Positions 37,162 to 46,736 of a stretch of 64,000 nucleotides of DNA are shown in pieces (position 1 is the stretch's first letter; each line of letters begins with the position of its first letter). A model generated the notes under the pieces. The model searched no databases and was not told the DNA's origin. It saw nothing but the letters and a program-made list of their open reading frames with translations. The position numbers and the translations under genes were made by a program. Source of the DNA: Thermoproteota archaeon (GTDB lineage: Archaea > Korarchaeota > Korarchaeia > Korarchaeales > Korarchaeaceae); contig JAOZGC010000002.1 in assembly GCA_027491915.1 (NCBI GenBank), forward strand, positions 256,001 to 320,000. The letters are read 5' to 3'.

Positions 37162-38364
37162 TTGTCTGATGAGGGCCGTCCGAGGACCGTCAGGGACATC
37201 CTCCTCGAGATGAAGGACGCCTCGGAGACGGCGGTCAGCCTATCCTACGCGGCCCTCATGTTCAGCGACGAGGAGATAGCAGAAGAGGTGCTCGAGCTGG
37301 AGAACAGACTCGACGAGCTCAGGTACGAACTATCCGTCAGGACCATCCTGGCCGGGAGGACCCTGGAAGACGCTAGGGAGCTGGCCGCCGTGCTGGAGAT
37401 AGGGAGCGCCGCGGACGAGATAAGCGACGCGGTCGGCGACCTGGCGAAGCTCGTGAAGAGGGGGTACCCCCTCCACCCCTCGCTGCTGGAGGCCTTCTGG
37501 GAATCAGACGAGGTTCAGGGGATAGTCAAGGTCGTGGACGGCTCTCCGCTGGCCGGGATGAGAATCTCCGACCTCAGGGATCCCAGCGCGCTGGCCGGGT
37601 GCGATCTCCTGGGGATCAAGAGGGGCGGGAGGTGGATCTTCAACCCCCCGGAGGACGGGAGCCTGAGGCCCGGTGACGTGCTCCTCTTGGAGGGAACCAG
37701 GGAGGGGCTGATGGCCGTCAAGGGACTCTCGGGTAGGTCCGGACCAGTCCAGACAGTCCCCCCCCAGCGGGGGGCCGGGGAGGCCGCGAGGTTGGTGGAA
37801 CTGATAAAGGCCCTCAAGTCCCTCTCCGAGCTCATGGTCTACCTGGCGTACGCGGCCATCCTGCTGAACAACCAGGGCATGGCCTACGAGATATCGAAGC
37901 TGGAGGACGAGGTGGACGACCTGCACGAGATCTTCCAGGGGGAGGTCCTCTCCAGCCTGGTCGGTAGGGCGGAGATAAGGGAGATAATAGGGCTGCTGAG
38001 GGCCGGATCTTCGGCGGAGAGGATCGGGGACGCGGCCAACAGGATGGCGTCCGTGGTAGAGAGGGGCATCCCCACCCACCCCGTGCTGGCGGACGTCGTA
38101 GAGAGGAGCGGGGAGACCATAGTCAGGCTGGAGATACCCGAGGGGAGTCCGGCCGCAGACCGGCCCATAGGAGAGCTCAACCTAGAGGAATCGACCGGCA
38201 TGGAGGTTCTGGCTATAAAGAGGGGGATCAGGTGGATATACGATCCCAAGGACTCCGTCAGGCTGAGGGCGGGAGACGTGGTCCTGTTGCTGGGGTCTCC
38301 CTATGGGGAGAGGGCGGCCGAGGAGGTCCTGGGTATCGGGAGGAGAGGAGGTCGATCCGATTGA
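37162..38364 (+). CDS. Tandem PhoU + TrkA-C (RCK_C) domain protein
   Basis: Duplicated MKD.SE..LSYAA..LE..D / IKRG.RWI..P repeat. Confidence 0.88.
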   Translation: MSDEGRPRTVRDILLEMKDASETAVSLSYAALMFSDEEIAEEVLELENRLDELRYELSVRTILAGRTLEDARELAAVLEIGSAADEISDAVGDLAKLVKRGYPLHPSLLEAFWESDEVQGIVKVVDGSPLAGMRISDLRDPSALAGCDLLGIKRGGRWIFNPPEDGSLRPGDVLLLEGTREGLMAVKGLSGRSGPVQTVPPQRGAGEAARLVELIKALKSLSELMVYLAYAAILLNNQGMAYEISKLEDEVDDLHEIFQGEVLSSLVGRAEIREIIGLLRAGSSAERIGDAANRMASVVERGIPTHPVLADVVERSGETIVRLEIPEGSPAADRPIGELNLEESTGMEVLAIKRGIRWIYDPKDSVRLRAGDVVLLLGSPYGERAAEEVLGIGRRGGRSD

Positions 38365-39803
38365 CCGAGCTGAGGCTGACCGCCCCCCTGTCCTGGCTAG
38401 ACGGGGTGGACCCGAGGACCGGCAGGATAACCCAACCCGATCACCCCCAGAGGGGAGAGTCCATAGCCGGCCGGATCCTGAGGCTGCCCGGCTCCGTCGG
38501 GTCGACCGTGGGGGCCTACACCTTCTTCAAGCTGAGGAGGATGGGGACGGCCCCCTCGGCCATAGTGCTGGAGAGGCCGGACAGCATAACGGTGAGCGCC
38601 GAGATGGCCGGGATACCGGTCAAGGTGCTCGGAGCCCAGACCAATCCCGAACTGGACCTGGAGGGGGTCCCCGATCGTGTCAGGCGCTTCCTCGAGAGGG
38701 AGGCCTCCGCCTCCGGCGCGGAGGAATTCGCCCGGGTTCGCTCCGTCCACATATCCGGGATATCCTACTGGACAATAGGCGAGGCCGGACTGGACTTCCT
38801 GGAGGGGATGGCGCGGGAGGCCAGCTTCAGGGTCCCGGCCACCCTGAACCCAGCTGGCATGGACCTCTCCCGATGGGCGGACATGGGGGTTCCTGAGGGG
38901 TTCGCCGAGAGGCAGCTCAGGATAGTGGAGGCGCTGGTGAGGATGGGCGCGATACCGACGCTCACCTGCACCCCTTACCTGGCAGGGAACCTCCCTAGGT
39001 TCGGCGAGCACGTCTGCTGGGGCGAGTCCAGCGCGGTCGCCTTCGCCAACAGCGTCTTGGGCGCCCGGACCAACAGGGAGGGTGGGGTGAAGGCCGTGGC
39101 GGCCGCGGTGGCCGGGGTTACCCCCCTCTACGGCCTCCACCTGAGGGAGAACAGGTCGCCAGACCTCGAGGTGGAGGCGACTGCCCGGGTCTCCGGGAGA
39201 ACTAGGTTCTCAGAGCTGGGATACCTGGTGGGATCCCTTAGCCCCAGCGCCGTCCCGGTCTACAGGGGACTGGGATCTCCCTCCGCGGACGAGCTCAAGT
39301 CCCTCGGCGCCGGAGGGGCGGCCTCGGGGGGGATATCCATCTTCCACGTCCCGGGGGTGACGCCCGAGTCGCCTCGGCCCCGGGAGGGGGCGGACCGGGT
39401 GACGGTCGTTGACGACGATCTGGACGACGTCGAGGAGAGCCTGTCTACGACCGGATCTGAGCCGGACCTGGTCGCTATCGGCTGCCCCCACCTCTCGCCC
39501 CTGGAGATCCTCGAGGTGGCCACCCTCCTTGAGGGGAGGCGGGCGGCCGTCCCCTTCTGGCTGTTCACCTCCAGGGCCGCGCGGGCCCAGCTCCCTAATT
39601 GGGTGGAGCCCGCGCTCAGGAGGGCCGGGGCTGACCTGTTCGTGGACACCTGCATGGTGGTCGCCCCCCTGAGGGAGGCCGGCCACCGGGTCGTGGCCAC
39701 GGACTCGGCCAAGGCGGCCAAGTACCTGCGGACGCTCGGCGGACTGGAAGTCGTGCTGGCCCCCCTCGATAGGCTGATCTCCGAGTACACCTCACCCGCC
39801 TGA
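38361..39803 (+). CDS. Aconitase X, swivel + catalytic domains fused (probable phosphomevalonate dehydratase)
   Basis: TTG 38361. GVDPRTG..HPQRGESIAG..GSTVG, then HISG, TLNP, TCTPY, WGESSA, GCPH, DTCMVVAP, DSAK. Confidence 0.88.
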   Translation: MTELRLTAPLSWLDGVDPRTGRITQPDHPQRGESIAGRILRLPGSVGSTVGAYTFFKLRRMGTAPSAIVLERPDSITVSAEMAGIPVKVLGAQTNPELDLEGVPDRVRRFLEREASASGAEEFARVRSVHISGISYWTIGEAGLDFLEGMAREASFRVPATLNPAGMDLSRWADMGVPEGFAERQLRIVEALVRMGAIPTLTCTPYLAGNLPRFGEHVCWGESSAVAFANSVLGARTNREGGVKAVAAAVAGVTPLYGLHLRENRSPDLEVEATARVSGRTRFSELGYLVGSLSPSAVPVYRGLGSPSADELKSLGAGGAASGGISIFHVPGVTPESPRPREGADRVTVVDDDLDDVEESLSTTGSEPDLVAIGCPHLSPLEILEVATLLEGRRAAVPFWLFTSRAARAQLPNWVEPALRRAGADLFVDTCMVVAPLREAGHRVVATDSAKAAKYLRTLGGLEVVLAPLDRLISEYTSPA

Positions 39804-39805
39804 TC

Positions 39806-41089
39806 TCAGATTCCGAGGACCTGGGCGTACCCCTCAAGGTCGAGCAGCCCGTGTCCAGAGTAGTTGAACACTATGACCCTCTCCTCACCCTCCTCTTTGG
39901 CCCTCAGGGCCTCGTCTATGGCCGCCTTAACGGCGTGCGACGTCTCGGGGGCCGGTATTAAGCCCTCAGTCTCGGCGAACAGCCTGGCCGCCCGGAACAC
40001 CTCGTCCTGCGGGTAGGCCACCGACTCCACCACCCCCTTGGCCTTCAGCAGGGAGACCGTCGGCGCAGCCCCGTGGTACCTCAGCCCCCCGGCGTGTATC
40101 GGGGGTGGGACGAAGTCCGATCCCAGGGTGAACATCTTCAACAGGGGGGTGGTCTTGGCCGAGTCCCCGAAGTCGTACCTGTACTCCCCCCCGGTCATGG
40201 ACGGACAGGCCTCGGGCTCCGCCGCCAAGAACCTGACCCCCCTCATCTCCCCCCTCAACACCTTCCCCACGGCCGGGAAGGTGAAACCGGCGAAGTTGCT
40301 CCCTCCCCCGACGCACCCTATCATGACGTCCGGCTTCTCGCCCACCTCCTCCAGCTGGGCCAGCACCTCCTGGCCTATGACCGTCTGGTGCAGGAGGACG
40401 TGGTTGAGCACGCTTCCCAGGGCATATTTCGTCGATTCCCTGGTCACCGCCGCCTCGACCGCCTCGCTTATCGCTATCCCCAGGGATCCGGGGTGGTTTG
40501 GGTCCTCCTCCAGGAATCTCCTCCCAACGCGAGTCAGTTCGCTCGGCGACGGGACGACCTCCGCCCCGTAGAGCCTCATGACGTACTTCCTGTAGGGCTT
40601 CTGCTGATAGGAGACCCTGACCATGAAAACCAGCACCCTCCTGTCCGTCATCGCCCCCGCGTAGGACAGGGCGGATCCCCACTGCCCGGCGCCCGTCTCC
40701 GTCGTCAGGGTCTCGGTCCCCTCCTCGGCCGCGTAGTAGGCCTGGGCCAGGGCGGTGTTGAGCTTGTGGCTCCCGGTCGGCGTCACGTCCTCCCTCTTGT
40801 AGTAGATCCTGGCGGGGGTCTTGAGGTACCTCTCGAGCCTCTCGGCGCGGTAGAGCGGGGTGGGCCTCCCTATCCTCTCGTACATCTCCCTGACCTCTTC
40901 CGGGATCTCCACCCACCTCTCCCTAGAGAACTCCTGCCTTACGCACTCCCTGGCGAAGAGGGGTTCGAGATCCACCTCCCTCACCGGCTCTCCGGTCTCG
41001 GGATTCTTCATGGGCGGGAGATCGGGCAGGTCGGCCAGGATGTTGTACCACCGCCTCGGGATGGCGCTCACGTCCAGATCGATCCTCAA
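39806..41089 (-). CDS. trpB2: Tryptophan synthase beta chain 2
   Basis: [55 protein letters not shown]. Confidence 0.97.
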   Translation of the reverse strand: MRIDLDVSAIPRRWYNILADLPDLPPMKNPETGEPVREVDLEPLFARECVRQEFSRERWVEIPEEVREMYERIGRPTPLYRAERLERYLKTPARIYYKREDVTPTGSHKLNTALAQAYYAAEEGTETLTTETGAGQWGSALSYAGAMTDRRVLVFMVRVSYQQKPYRKYVMRLYGAEVVPSPSELTRVGRRFLEEDPNHPGSLGIAISEAVEAAVTRESTKYALGSVLNHVLLHQTVIGQEVLAQLEEVGEKPDVMIGCVGGGSNFAGFTFPAVGKVLRGEMRGVRFLAAEPEACPSMTGGEYRYDFGDSAKTTPLLKMFTLGSDFVPPPIHAGGLRYHGAAPTVSLLKAKGVVESVAYPQDEVFRAARLFAETEGLIPAPETSHAVKAAIDEALRAKEEGEERVIVFNYSGHGLLDLEGYAQVLGI

Positions 41090-41589
41090 TCCGACTCACC
41101 TCCTCCAACACCAACCAGATCCGATATGCGGACCCTCACGTCCGGGGGATCGAAGTCCAGCACGTGCCTGGTGGTCTTCGGGGGGAACAGCTCCCCCCTG
41201 GCGGACCTCCTCAGCACCTCCCCCCTCGACACCGGGATCTCGCTGCGTCTCGGGTACAGCTCCAGCCTCTCCGACTCGTAAGGTATGAGCACCGCCGGTA
41301 TGAGCCTGGCCCCCATGGATCTCAGCGCGGCCAGCCTGTGATGTCCGTCGAGGACGGTTCCGGTGCTCCTCTCAACCAGTATCGGCCTGAACAGAACCCC
41401 GTCCTCCGCTATGCTCTCCCTCAACTTCTCCAGCCTGTCGATCGAGATCATCTCGTGGGGCCGCAGGAGATCCGCGTCGACGAAGGAGACGGAGATCCCA
41501 TCTCCGAGGTCGATCCTCCGGGGGAGAGGGTACCCGGATCCCACCCTCCGGGGGAAGACCGCCTCACGGGGAGAACCAAAGTAAACCAC
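41086..41589 (-). CDS. ParB/sulfiredoxin-fold protein, short SerK (free serine kinase)-like
   Basis: RPHE, VLDGHHR and C-terminal [12 protein letters not shown]; stop overlaps the trpB2 TTG start. Confidence 0.78.
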   Translation of the reverse strand: MVYFGSPREAVFPRRVGSGYPLPRRIDLGDGISVSFVDADLLRPHEMISIDRLEKLRESIAEDGVLFRPILVERSTGTVLDGHHRLAALRSMGARLIPAVLIPYESERLELYPRRSEIPVSRGEVLRRSARGELFPPKTTRHVLDFDPPDVRVRISDLVGVGGGESD

Positions 41590-41836
41590 CCATGCCTGAT
41601 CCCTCCCCCCTCCCGTGCGTCCGCGCTGGGCGGGGGGCCCGCCCACCCATATAATCTTATCGGCCCACGCCCCCAGATTCGGGCCCTAATTTTAACAGAT
41701 CGACCCGATCTCTCCTCTGGGATAGCAGGGACGCCCGGTCGGGGACGATCTGGGATAATCCACTCGATCCCTCTGATACCGACCGAAACCGGGGCCACCC
41801 ATCGACGCTTTTTATCGCCCCCCCCGAGGGATCGAG

Positions 41837-42529
41837 GTGCCCGCGCCCAAGAGGCTGCTCAGGGAGATGGAGGCTCACCTGGTCGAGCTGATGGTGGGTG
41901 ACCCGAGCGGGCTCCCAGGGGACCTCTCCGACTACCTGTCCTCGGTGGGGGCCCTGAGGGGGGGAAGGTTAGATCCGGTCAGAACCGCGCTGGCGTGCGT
42001 CGAGGTCGGGATGCCCCCCGAGAGGGCCGCCGCCATGCTGGATTGGAGGGGGTTCGAATCTTTCGTGGCCGAGACCATGGCCGAGATCGGGCTCGCATCC
42101 TTCAGGGGGGTCTCTTTCTCCCTCGGGGCGAGGAGGTGGCAGGTGGACGTGCTGGCCGGGAGGCCGGGGATGACCCTGTCCGTGGAGGTCAAGATGTGGT
42201 CCCGCCGGCCCGCGATGTCCGGTCTCAGGGCGGCCGTCAGGACCCACTCCGAGAGGACGAGGGAGCTGGCCCTGGCCATGCCCTCCCTCCGGACGAGGCT
42301 CCCCGTGGTGGAGAGGCCCTCTCACGTCGTGCCCGTGGTTGTCACCTGGTTCTCCCCGGAGGAGATCATCGACGGAGTCCCGCTGGTGCCGCTCCGCTCG
42401 CTGTCGTCGTTCCTCTCGGAGGTAGACTCCATGCCAGACTCGGTCGTCGGGTTCCCCTCCCAAGCCTCTCTGTCCCCCTCCCCCCTCCCCGACAGCAGCT
42501 CCCTGGCCCCCCTGGAGAAGGTCAGGTAG
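41837..42529 (+). CDS. PD-(D/E)XK nuclease (NERD/Mrr-like)
   Basis: WRGFESFVA...QVDVLA...VEVKMW. Confidence 0.72.
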   Translation: MPAPKRLLREMEAHLVELMVGDPSGLPGDLSDYLSSVGALRGGRLDPVRTALACVEVGMPPERAAAMLDWRGFESFVAETMAEIGLASFRGVSFSLGARRWQVDVLAGRPGMTLSVEVKMWSRRPAMSGLRAAVRTHSERTRELALAMPSLRTRLPVVERPSHVVPVVVTWFSPEEIIDGVPLVPLRSLSSFLSEVDSMPDSVVGFPSQASLSPSPLPDSSSLAPLEKVR

Positions 42530-42843
42530 AGGCACACCGGAACGAATATCGCGGATACGGCCGCCAGTCCCTCCTCCACCCCAAGGTATCCCAGGGCGGC
42601 GACCGAGTACATTCCCGCGGCCACCGCGCCCGGCACCCTGGACCACGGTCTCCCGGACAGGAGGCCCAGCCCTATCGCGGCGTTAGCGGCGGCGGCCAAC
42701 ATCAAGAGCTGGGCCGCGACGGATCTGGTGACCGGGGGCATCGGGAAGTACAATCCGAGCCCGAAGGCCGCCAATTCCATGGCCAGCCCGAGAAAAGCCA
42801 CGCCAGACAGGACTAGGCCGAGCCTCGACGCGGATCCGGCCAC
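42322..42843 (-). CDS. Hypothetical 4-TM membrane protein
   Basis: GLLSGRPWSR flanked by hydrophobic helices; abuts the prs stop. The 3' tail overlaps the nuclease gene. Confidence 0.55.
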   Translation of the reverse strand: MAGSASRLGLVLSGVAFLGLAMELAAFGLGLYFPMPPVTRSVAAQLLMLAAAANAAIGLGLLSGRPWSRVPGAVAAGMYSVAALGYLGVEEGLAAVSAIFVPVCLYLTFSRGARELLSGRGEGDREAWEGNPTTESGMESTSERNDDSERSGTSGTPSMISSGENQVTTTGTT

Positions 42844-43755
42844 TCACATCACCCTGTCCACTGCGTCCGCCACCTCGGGGACCACGGTGGCCCTCGACCC
42901 AACCCACTCGATGGTGTCGGACGCCACAACGGCGTCGGCCCCGGCGCCTAATATCCTGTCCAGCGACCCGGGTACGAGTACCGGGTGGACGAACGCGGCC
43001 ACCACCGAGGAGGCCCCCATCCTCCTTGCCGCGGCGACGGCGTTGGCCATAGTCCCTCCGGTGGAGACTATGTCGTCCACCACGACAGCCGTCCTCCCCT
43101 CCAAGTCCAGGTCTACCTCCTCGGTGACTATCTCCCCGGTCTCCAGGTCTCGGGACTTCTTAAAGGACGCGTAATCCCGCCACCCGGCCTCGGATGCGAG
43201 CTCCTTGGCCCACTGGATCGCCTCGTCGTCCGGCCCCAGGGGGAAGGGGTCCCTCAACTCCATGGAGGAGAGGATCCTGGCCAGGCCGGCCACGCCCGAC
43301 ACGTTGATCCCCCTGATCTCCCCGAGCATCTCTCCCATACCCCCCATCCTGTGGAGGTGCACCGTGGCCGAGATGACCGCGTCCACGCCGGCGGCCTCCA
43401 TCATGCGCCCCAGGTACAGGGGGCTCAGGGGCTCTCCCGGTCTGAATATCGCATCCTGCCTGGCGTACGGGAGGTATGGCATGACGACCACCACCTCCTC
43501 GGCCCCCAGGTGGACCTTCAGGTTGAAAGCCGTGAAGAGCACCTCGGCCAGGTAGGCGTTCGGCCTCACCTCCCCCGCCCTCATCCTCATGGACAGGACG
43601 ACCTGCTCTCCCCTGAGATCCTCCTCCTCCCTGATCACGACCCTGGGGGAAACCTCCCCGTCCGGGAAGACTCTCCTATCCACCTCCACGAGCTCGGTCT
43701 CCAGCCTCTCTGCCAGGGCCATGTTGAATCCGTCCGCCGGACCCACCAGCTTCAT
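42844..43755 (-). CDS. prs: Ribose-phosphate pyrophosphokinase
   Basis: FPDGE, PYLPYARQD..GEP, PDD, VVDDIVSTGGT, SDTI. Confidence 0.96.
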   Translation of the reverse strand: MKLVGPADGFNMALAERLETELVEVDRRVFPDGEVSPRVVIREEEDLRGEQVVLSMRMRAGEVRPNAYLAEVLFTAFNLKVHLGAEEVVVVMPYLPYARQDAIFRPGEPLSPLYLGRMMEAAGVDAVISATVHLHRMGGMGEMLGEIRGINVSGVAGLARILSSMELRDPFPLGPDDEAIQWAKELASEAGWRDYASFKKSRDLETGEIVTEEVDLDLEGRTAVVVDDIVSTGGTMANAVAAARRMGASSVVAAFVHPVLVPGSLDRILGAGADAVVASDTIEWVGSRATVVPEVADAVDRVM

Positions 43756-43815
43756 GCTGCCTCCGGCCGGTCGCCGACTGTCACCATTATCTAGTTATCG
43801 CAGGTCGGACGCCGG

Positions 43816-44409
43816 ATGGGGCGCGGTCGCCTGATAGCCCTGGAGGGGATAGACGGCGCTGGTCTCTCGACCCAGTCCGCAGCGCTGGTCGACAGGCTGA
43901 AGTCCTCCGGCGTGGAGGCCGTCTTGACCAAGGAGCCGACTGAAGGGGCCGTGGGCAGGTTGATAAGGGACGTCCTCTCCGGGAGGGTCGCGATCCCCCC
44001 TCCCAGCCTGGCCCTCCTCTTCGCGGCCGACAGGATGGATCACGTCGAGTCGGTCATATCTCCGGCTCTCGACCGGGGGGAGGTGGTGGTGACGGACAGG
44101 TACCTGCTCTCCTCCCTGGCATATCAGGGGCTCGACCTGCCCACCGGGTGGGTCGAGGAGATAAACAGGTTCGCCCCCCGCCCGGACCTCTGGATCGTCT
44201 TGGACGCGGATCCGGAGGTCGCCCTCCGTAGGATAAGATCCAGGGGCGGGGACTTGGAGATGTACGAGAGCGCGAGGATCCTGGGGAGGATCAGGGAGAG
44301 GTTCCTCTCCCTGGCCGAGAGGTTCGGGGCCGTTGTGGTGGACGCCAACAGGCCCGTGGCCGAGGTGGCCCTGGACGTGTGGAGGTCGGTCTCCGGGATG
44401 CTGAGGTGA
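43816..44409 (+). CDS. tmk: Thymidylate kinase
   Basis: EGIDGAGLSTQ, KEP, LFAADR, DRYLLSSLAYQ, PDL. Confidence 0.95.
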   Translation: MGRGRLIALEGIDGAGLSTQSAALVDRLKSSGVEAVLTKEPTEGAVGRLIRDVLSGRVAIPPPSLALLFAADRMDHVESVISPALDRGEVVVTDRYLLSSLAYQGLDLPTGWVEEINRFAPRPDLWIVLDADPEVALRRIRSRGGDLEMYESARILGRIRERFLSLAERFGAVVVDANRPVAEVALDVWRSVSGMLR

Positions 44410-45326
44410 TCCCCTTGATAGCCTCTGTCGGCAACGCCAACGTCGACGTTACCCTCACCCTGGACTCGATCCCGGGGCCCGACGAGGAGGTCATCTCACG
44501 GGGGACCCTGGTGTCCGCGGGCGGGTCGGCCTCCAACTTCGCGATCGCGTGCTCCAGGTTGGGGTGGCCCGCGGCCGCGGCCGCTGTGGTGGGCCGGGAT
44601 CCCCTCGGCGATTTCTACCTCTCCGCTCTGAGGGAGGCCGGGGTGCTCACCAACCTGGTGTTCAGGGATCCGGACCTCCCGACCGGCCTGGTGATAGTCA
44701 TGAACGAGCCCGGCGAGCAGAGGAGGATGATACTATCCCCGGGAGCCAACCTCCGCCTCGGTAAGGATCTGATATCCTCCATCTCCCGGGAGCTGGGAAT
44801 GTCAGAGGTCGTCCACGTCGCCACGGGCAAATTCGAGAACGCCCTGGCCGTGGCCGAGTTGGTCGAGGGACCCGTCTCCTCCTGGGATCCGGGGTTCAGG
44901 GTACTATCTGAGGCCGGGAGGATGGCGCTGGATCTTCTCCCGGAGTACGACAGGATCTTCGTCAATCTCAAGGAGGCCAGGCTCCTGTCCGGGTGCTCCG
45001 GGCCGAGAGACTGTCTATCGTCTCTCGTCGGTCCGTCGGAGGTGATAATCAAGCTCGGGGAATTCGGGGCCATGGCGTCGATAGAGGGGGAGGTGTACGA
45101 GAGTCCCGGGTACGCCGTCGAGGTCGTCGACACCACCGGCGCGGGAGACGTGTTCGACGCCGCCTACACCGTGGCCAGGCTGCGGGGGGAGGATCCCGGC
45201 CCCGCCCTGGACTTGGCCAACGCCTGCGCCGCCCTGTCGATAGGGACGCCCGGGGCCTCCCGCGGCATACCGACCTGGGACGAGGCCGTCAGGTACGCTG
45301 AGACCGGGAGGAGAAATTCGCCGTGA
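44406..45326 (+). CDS. PfkB-family carbohydrate/nucleoside kinase
   Basis: GGSASN, VGRD, DPG, N..E, KLG..G, DTTGAGD. Confidence 0.93.
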   Translation: MIPLIASVGNANVDVTLTLDSIPGPDEEVISRGTLVSAGGSASNFAIACSRLGWPAAAAAVVGRDPLGDFYLSALREAGVLTNLVFRDPDLPTGLVIVMNEPGEQRRMILSPGANLRLGKDLISSISRELGMSEVVHVATGKFENALAVAELVEGPVSSWDPGFRVLSEAGRMALDLLPEYDRIFVNLKEARLLSGCSGPRDCLSSLVGPSEVIIKLGEFGAMASIEGEVYESPGYAVEVVDTTGAGDVFDAAYTVARLRGEDPGPALDLANACAALSIGTPGASRGIPTWDEAVRYAETGRRNSP

Positions 45327-45669
45327 TCCTCTCCCACCTCCTGACTGCCTCATCCTCGATCTCCCTCCTCAACCTCCTGTAGGCCCTCATCAGCCTTCTC
45401 CCCTCCCACGTCAGCGACGCGCCGCCGTGCTCCCTCCCACCCTTCCTTGCCTCGACCAACCTGAAGCCCAGCCTACCCTCCGCCCTCCTCAGCTTCCCCA
45501 GCAGCCAGGAGTAGGAGACCCCCAGCCTCCTGGCCGCGCCCTGCAGGGATCCCTCCCTCTCTATGGACTCCAGTATCTCGAGCAGCCCCAGGCCCATCAC
45601 GTAGGACCCGTCCACCTCCAGCCAGACCCTCACCTTGGGGGTCGGCCTCCCAGCCGCCCGGGGGGGCAC
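45289..45669 (-). CDS. Stand-alone ModE N-terminal winged-HTH regulator
   Basis: KVRVWL..MG.G..LLE.I..EGSL..AA..LGVSY..E.RLG..GG..GGA.LT; no molybdate-binding MOP domain. Confidence 0.88.
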   Translation of the reverse strand: MPPRAAGRPTPKVRVWLEVDGSYVMGLGLLEILESIEREGSLQGAARRLGVSYSWLLGKLRRAEGRLGFRLVEARKGGREHGGASLTWEGRRLMRAYRRLRREIEDEAVRRWERITANFSSRSQRT

Positions 45670-45719
45670 ATCCCCCGGGGCCGGGGACGATTAAAAATTG
45701 GGACCATCCCGCCGGCGCG

Positions 45720-46736
45720 ATGTCCGAGGGCGGACTGGACGCTAAGAGGGCCGCCGCGCTGTTGGCCCTGGGGCTGGCCATGCTGATACCCCTCGCGGGC
45801 GCCGTGGACCTGGGCGCCGTCTCCGAGTATCTCTGGGAGATAGGCCCAGGTCCCATAGCAATCTCCATCCTCTGCGTTCACGTCGGCGTCTTCTTCTACG
45901 CCCTCGGGTGGTACTTTCTGCTGGGCGGGAGGCTCGACCTGCTGGACTCCTTCCTGATAAGCTGGGCGAGCCTGTTCGTCAACCTCCTGATACCGACCGG
46001 ATCCACGTCGGGGGAGGCCCTGAGGGTCTACCTGGCCTCCAAGAGGGGGGTTAACGGGGCGGCGGCCCTGTCCAGCGTGGTCACCCACAGGGTGATAATG
46101 ATAATCCCCTTCGTGGTGAGCGTGGTGCTCGGCCTGTCATTCTTCGCCTCCGGCGGGGGGGTGCACGGGTCGGTCTCCTGGACCACGATCTGGTTTCTGA
46201 TGGCAGCCCTGGCCCTGGTCGTGGTGGCCCTGTTCTACGTGAGCGGCTCCGAGGGGACCATGCTCCGGATCGTCGGCCTGGCCGAGAGGGTCCTGCGCAG
46301 GAGGCTTGAGGGGGTAAGGTCGGCCGCCAGGGAGTACGTGTCTGCCTTCAGGGAGGCCACGAGAGACGGTCGGAAGATGCTGATGGTACTCTCGACCTCC
46401 TTCGCCAACTGGCTCTTCGACATGGCCCCCATCTTCATATTCTTCTGGTCCCTGGGGGAGGACCTATCCCCCCTGTACGGGGCTTTCGTCTACTCGGTGT
46501 CGATAATGCTGGTGCTCATCCCCGTCGGGATCCCCGGCAACACGGGGGTCAGGGAGTGGGCCCTCATAGCCCTGCTCTCGGCGACCGGGGTCAGCAGGGA
46601 GGTGGCCACGGTGGTCACGCTGATGGCGTCCACCGTCTCCGTCTTCCTCAACGAGCTGATCTCCGGGATGGTGGCCTACCTGCTCGCGCTCAGGAGGCTC
46701 AGGCGCCCGGGAAGTTCTCCGACACCCACCCCCTGA
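45720..46736 (+). CDS. UPF0104 / flippase-like (LPG synthase TM) membrane protein
   Basis: FVNLLIP..GEALR, HR, PGNTGVRE; multi-TM. Confidence 0.85.
   Translation: MSEGGLDAKRAAALLALGLAMLIPLAGAVDLGAVSEYLWEIGPGPIAISILCVHVGVFFYALGWYFLLGGRLDLLDSFLISWASLFVNLLIPTGSTSGEALRVYLASKRGVNGAAALSSVVTHRVIMIIPFVVSVVLGLSFFASGGGVHGSVSWTTIWFLMAALALVVVALFYVSGSEGTMLRIVGLAERVLRRRLEGVRSAAREYVSAFREATRDGRKMLMVLSTSFANWLFDMAPIFIFFWSLGEDLSPLYGAFVYSVSIMLVLIPVGIPGNTGVREWALIALLSATGVSREVATVVTLMASTVSVFLNELISGMVAYLLALRRLRRPGSSPTPTP

Noticed and set aside
41590-41836. Largest intergenic gap, considered for a tRNA or C/D sRNA; contains a short GGGCGGG/CCCGCCC hairpin and a TCTGGGATA repeat
   Set aside because: No cloverleaf, TTCGA arm context or C/D boxes seen. 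Divergent promoters explain the gap.
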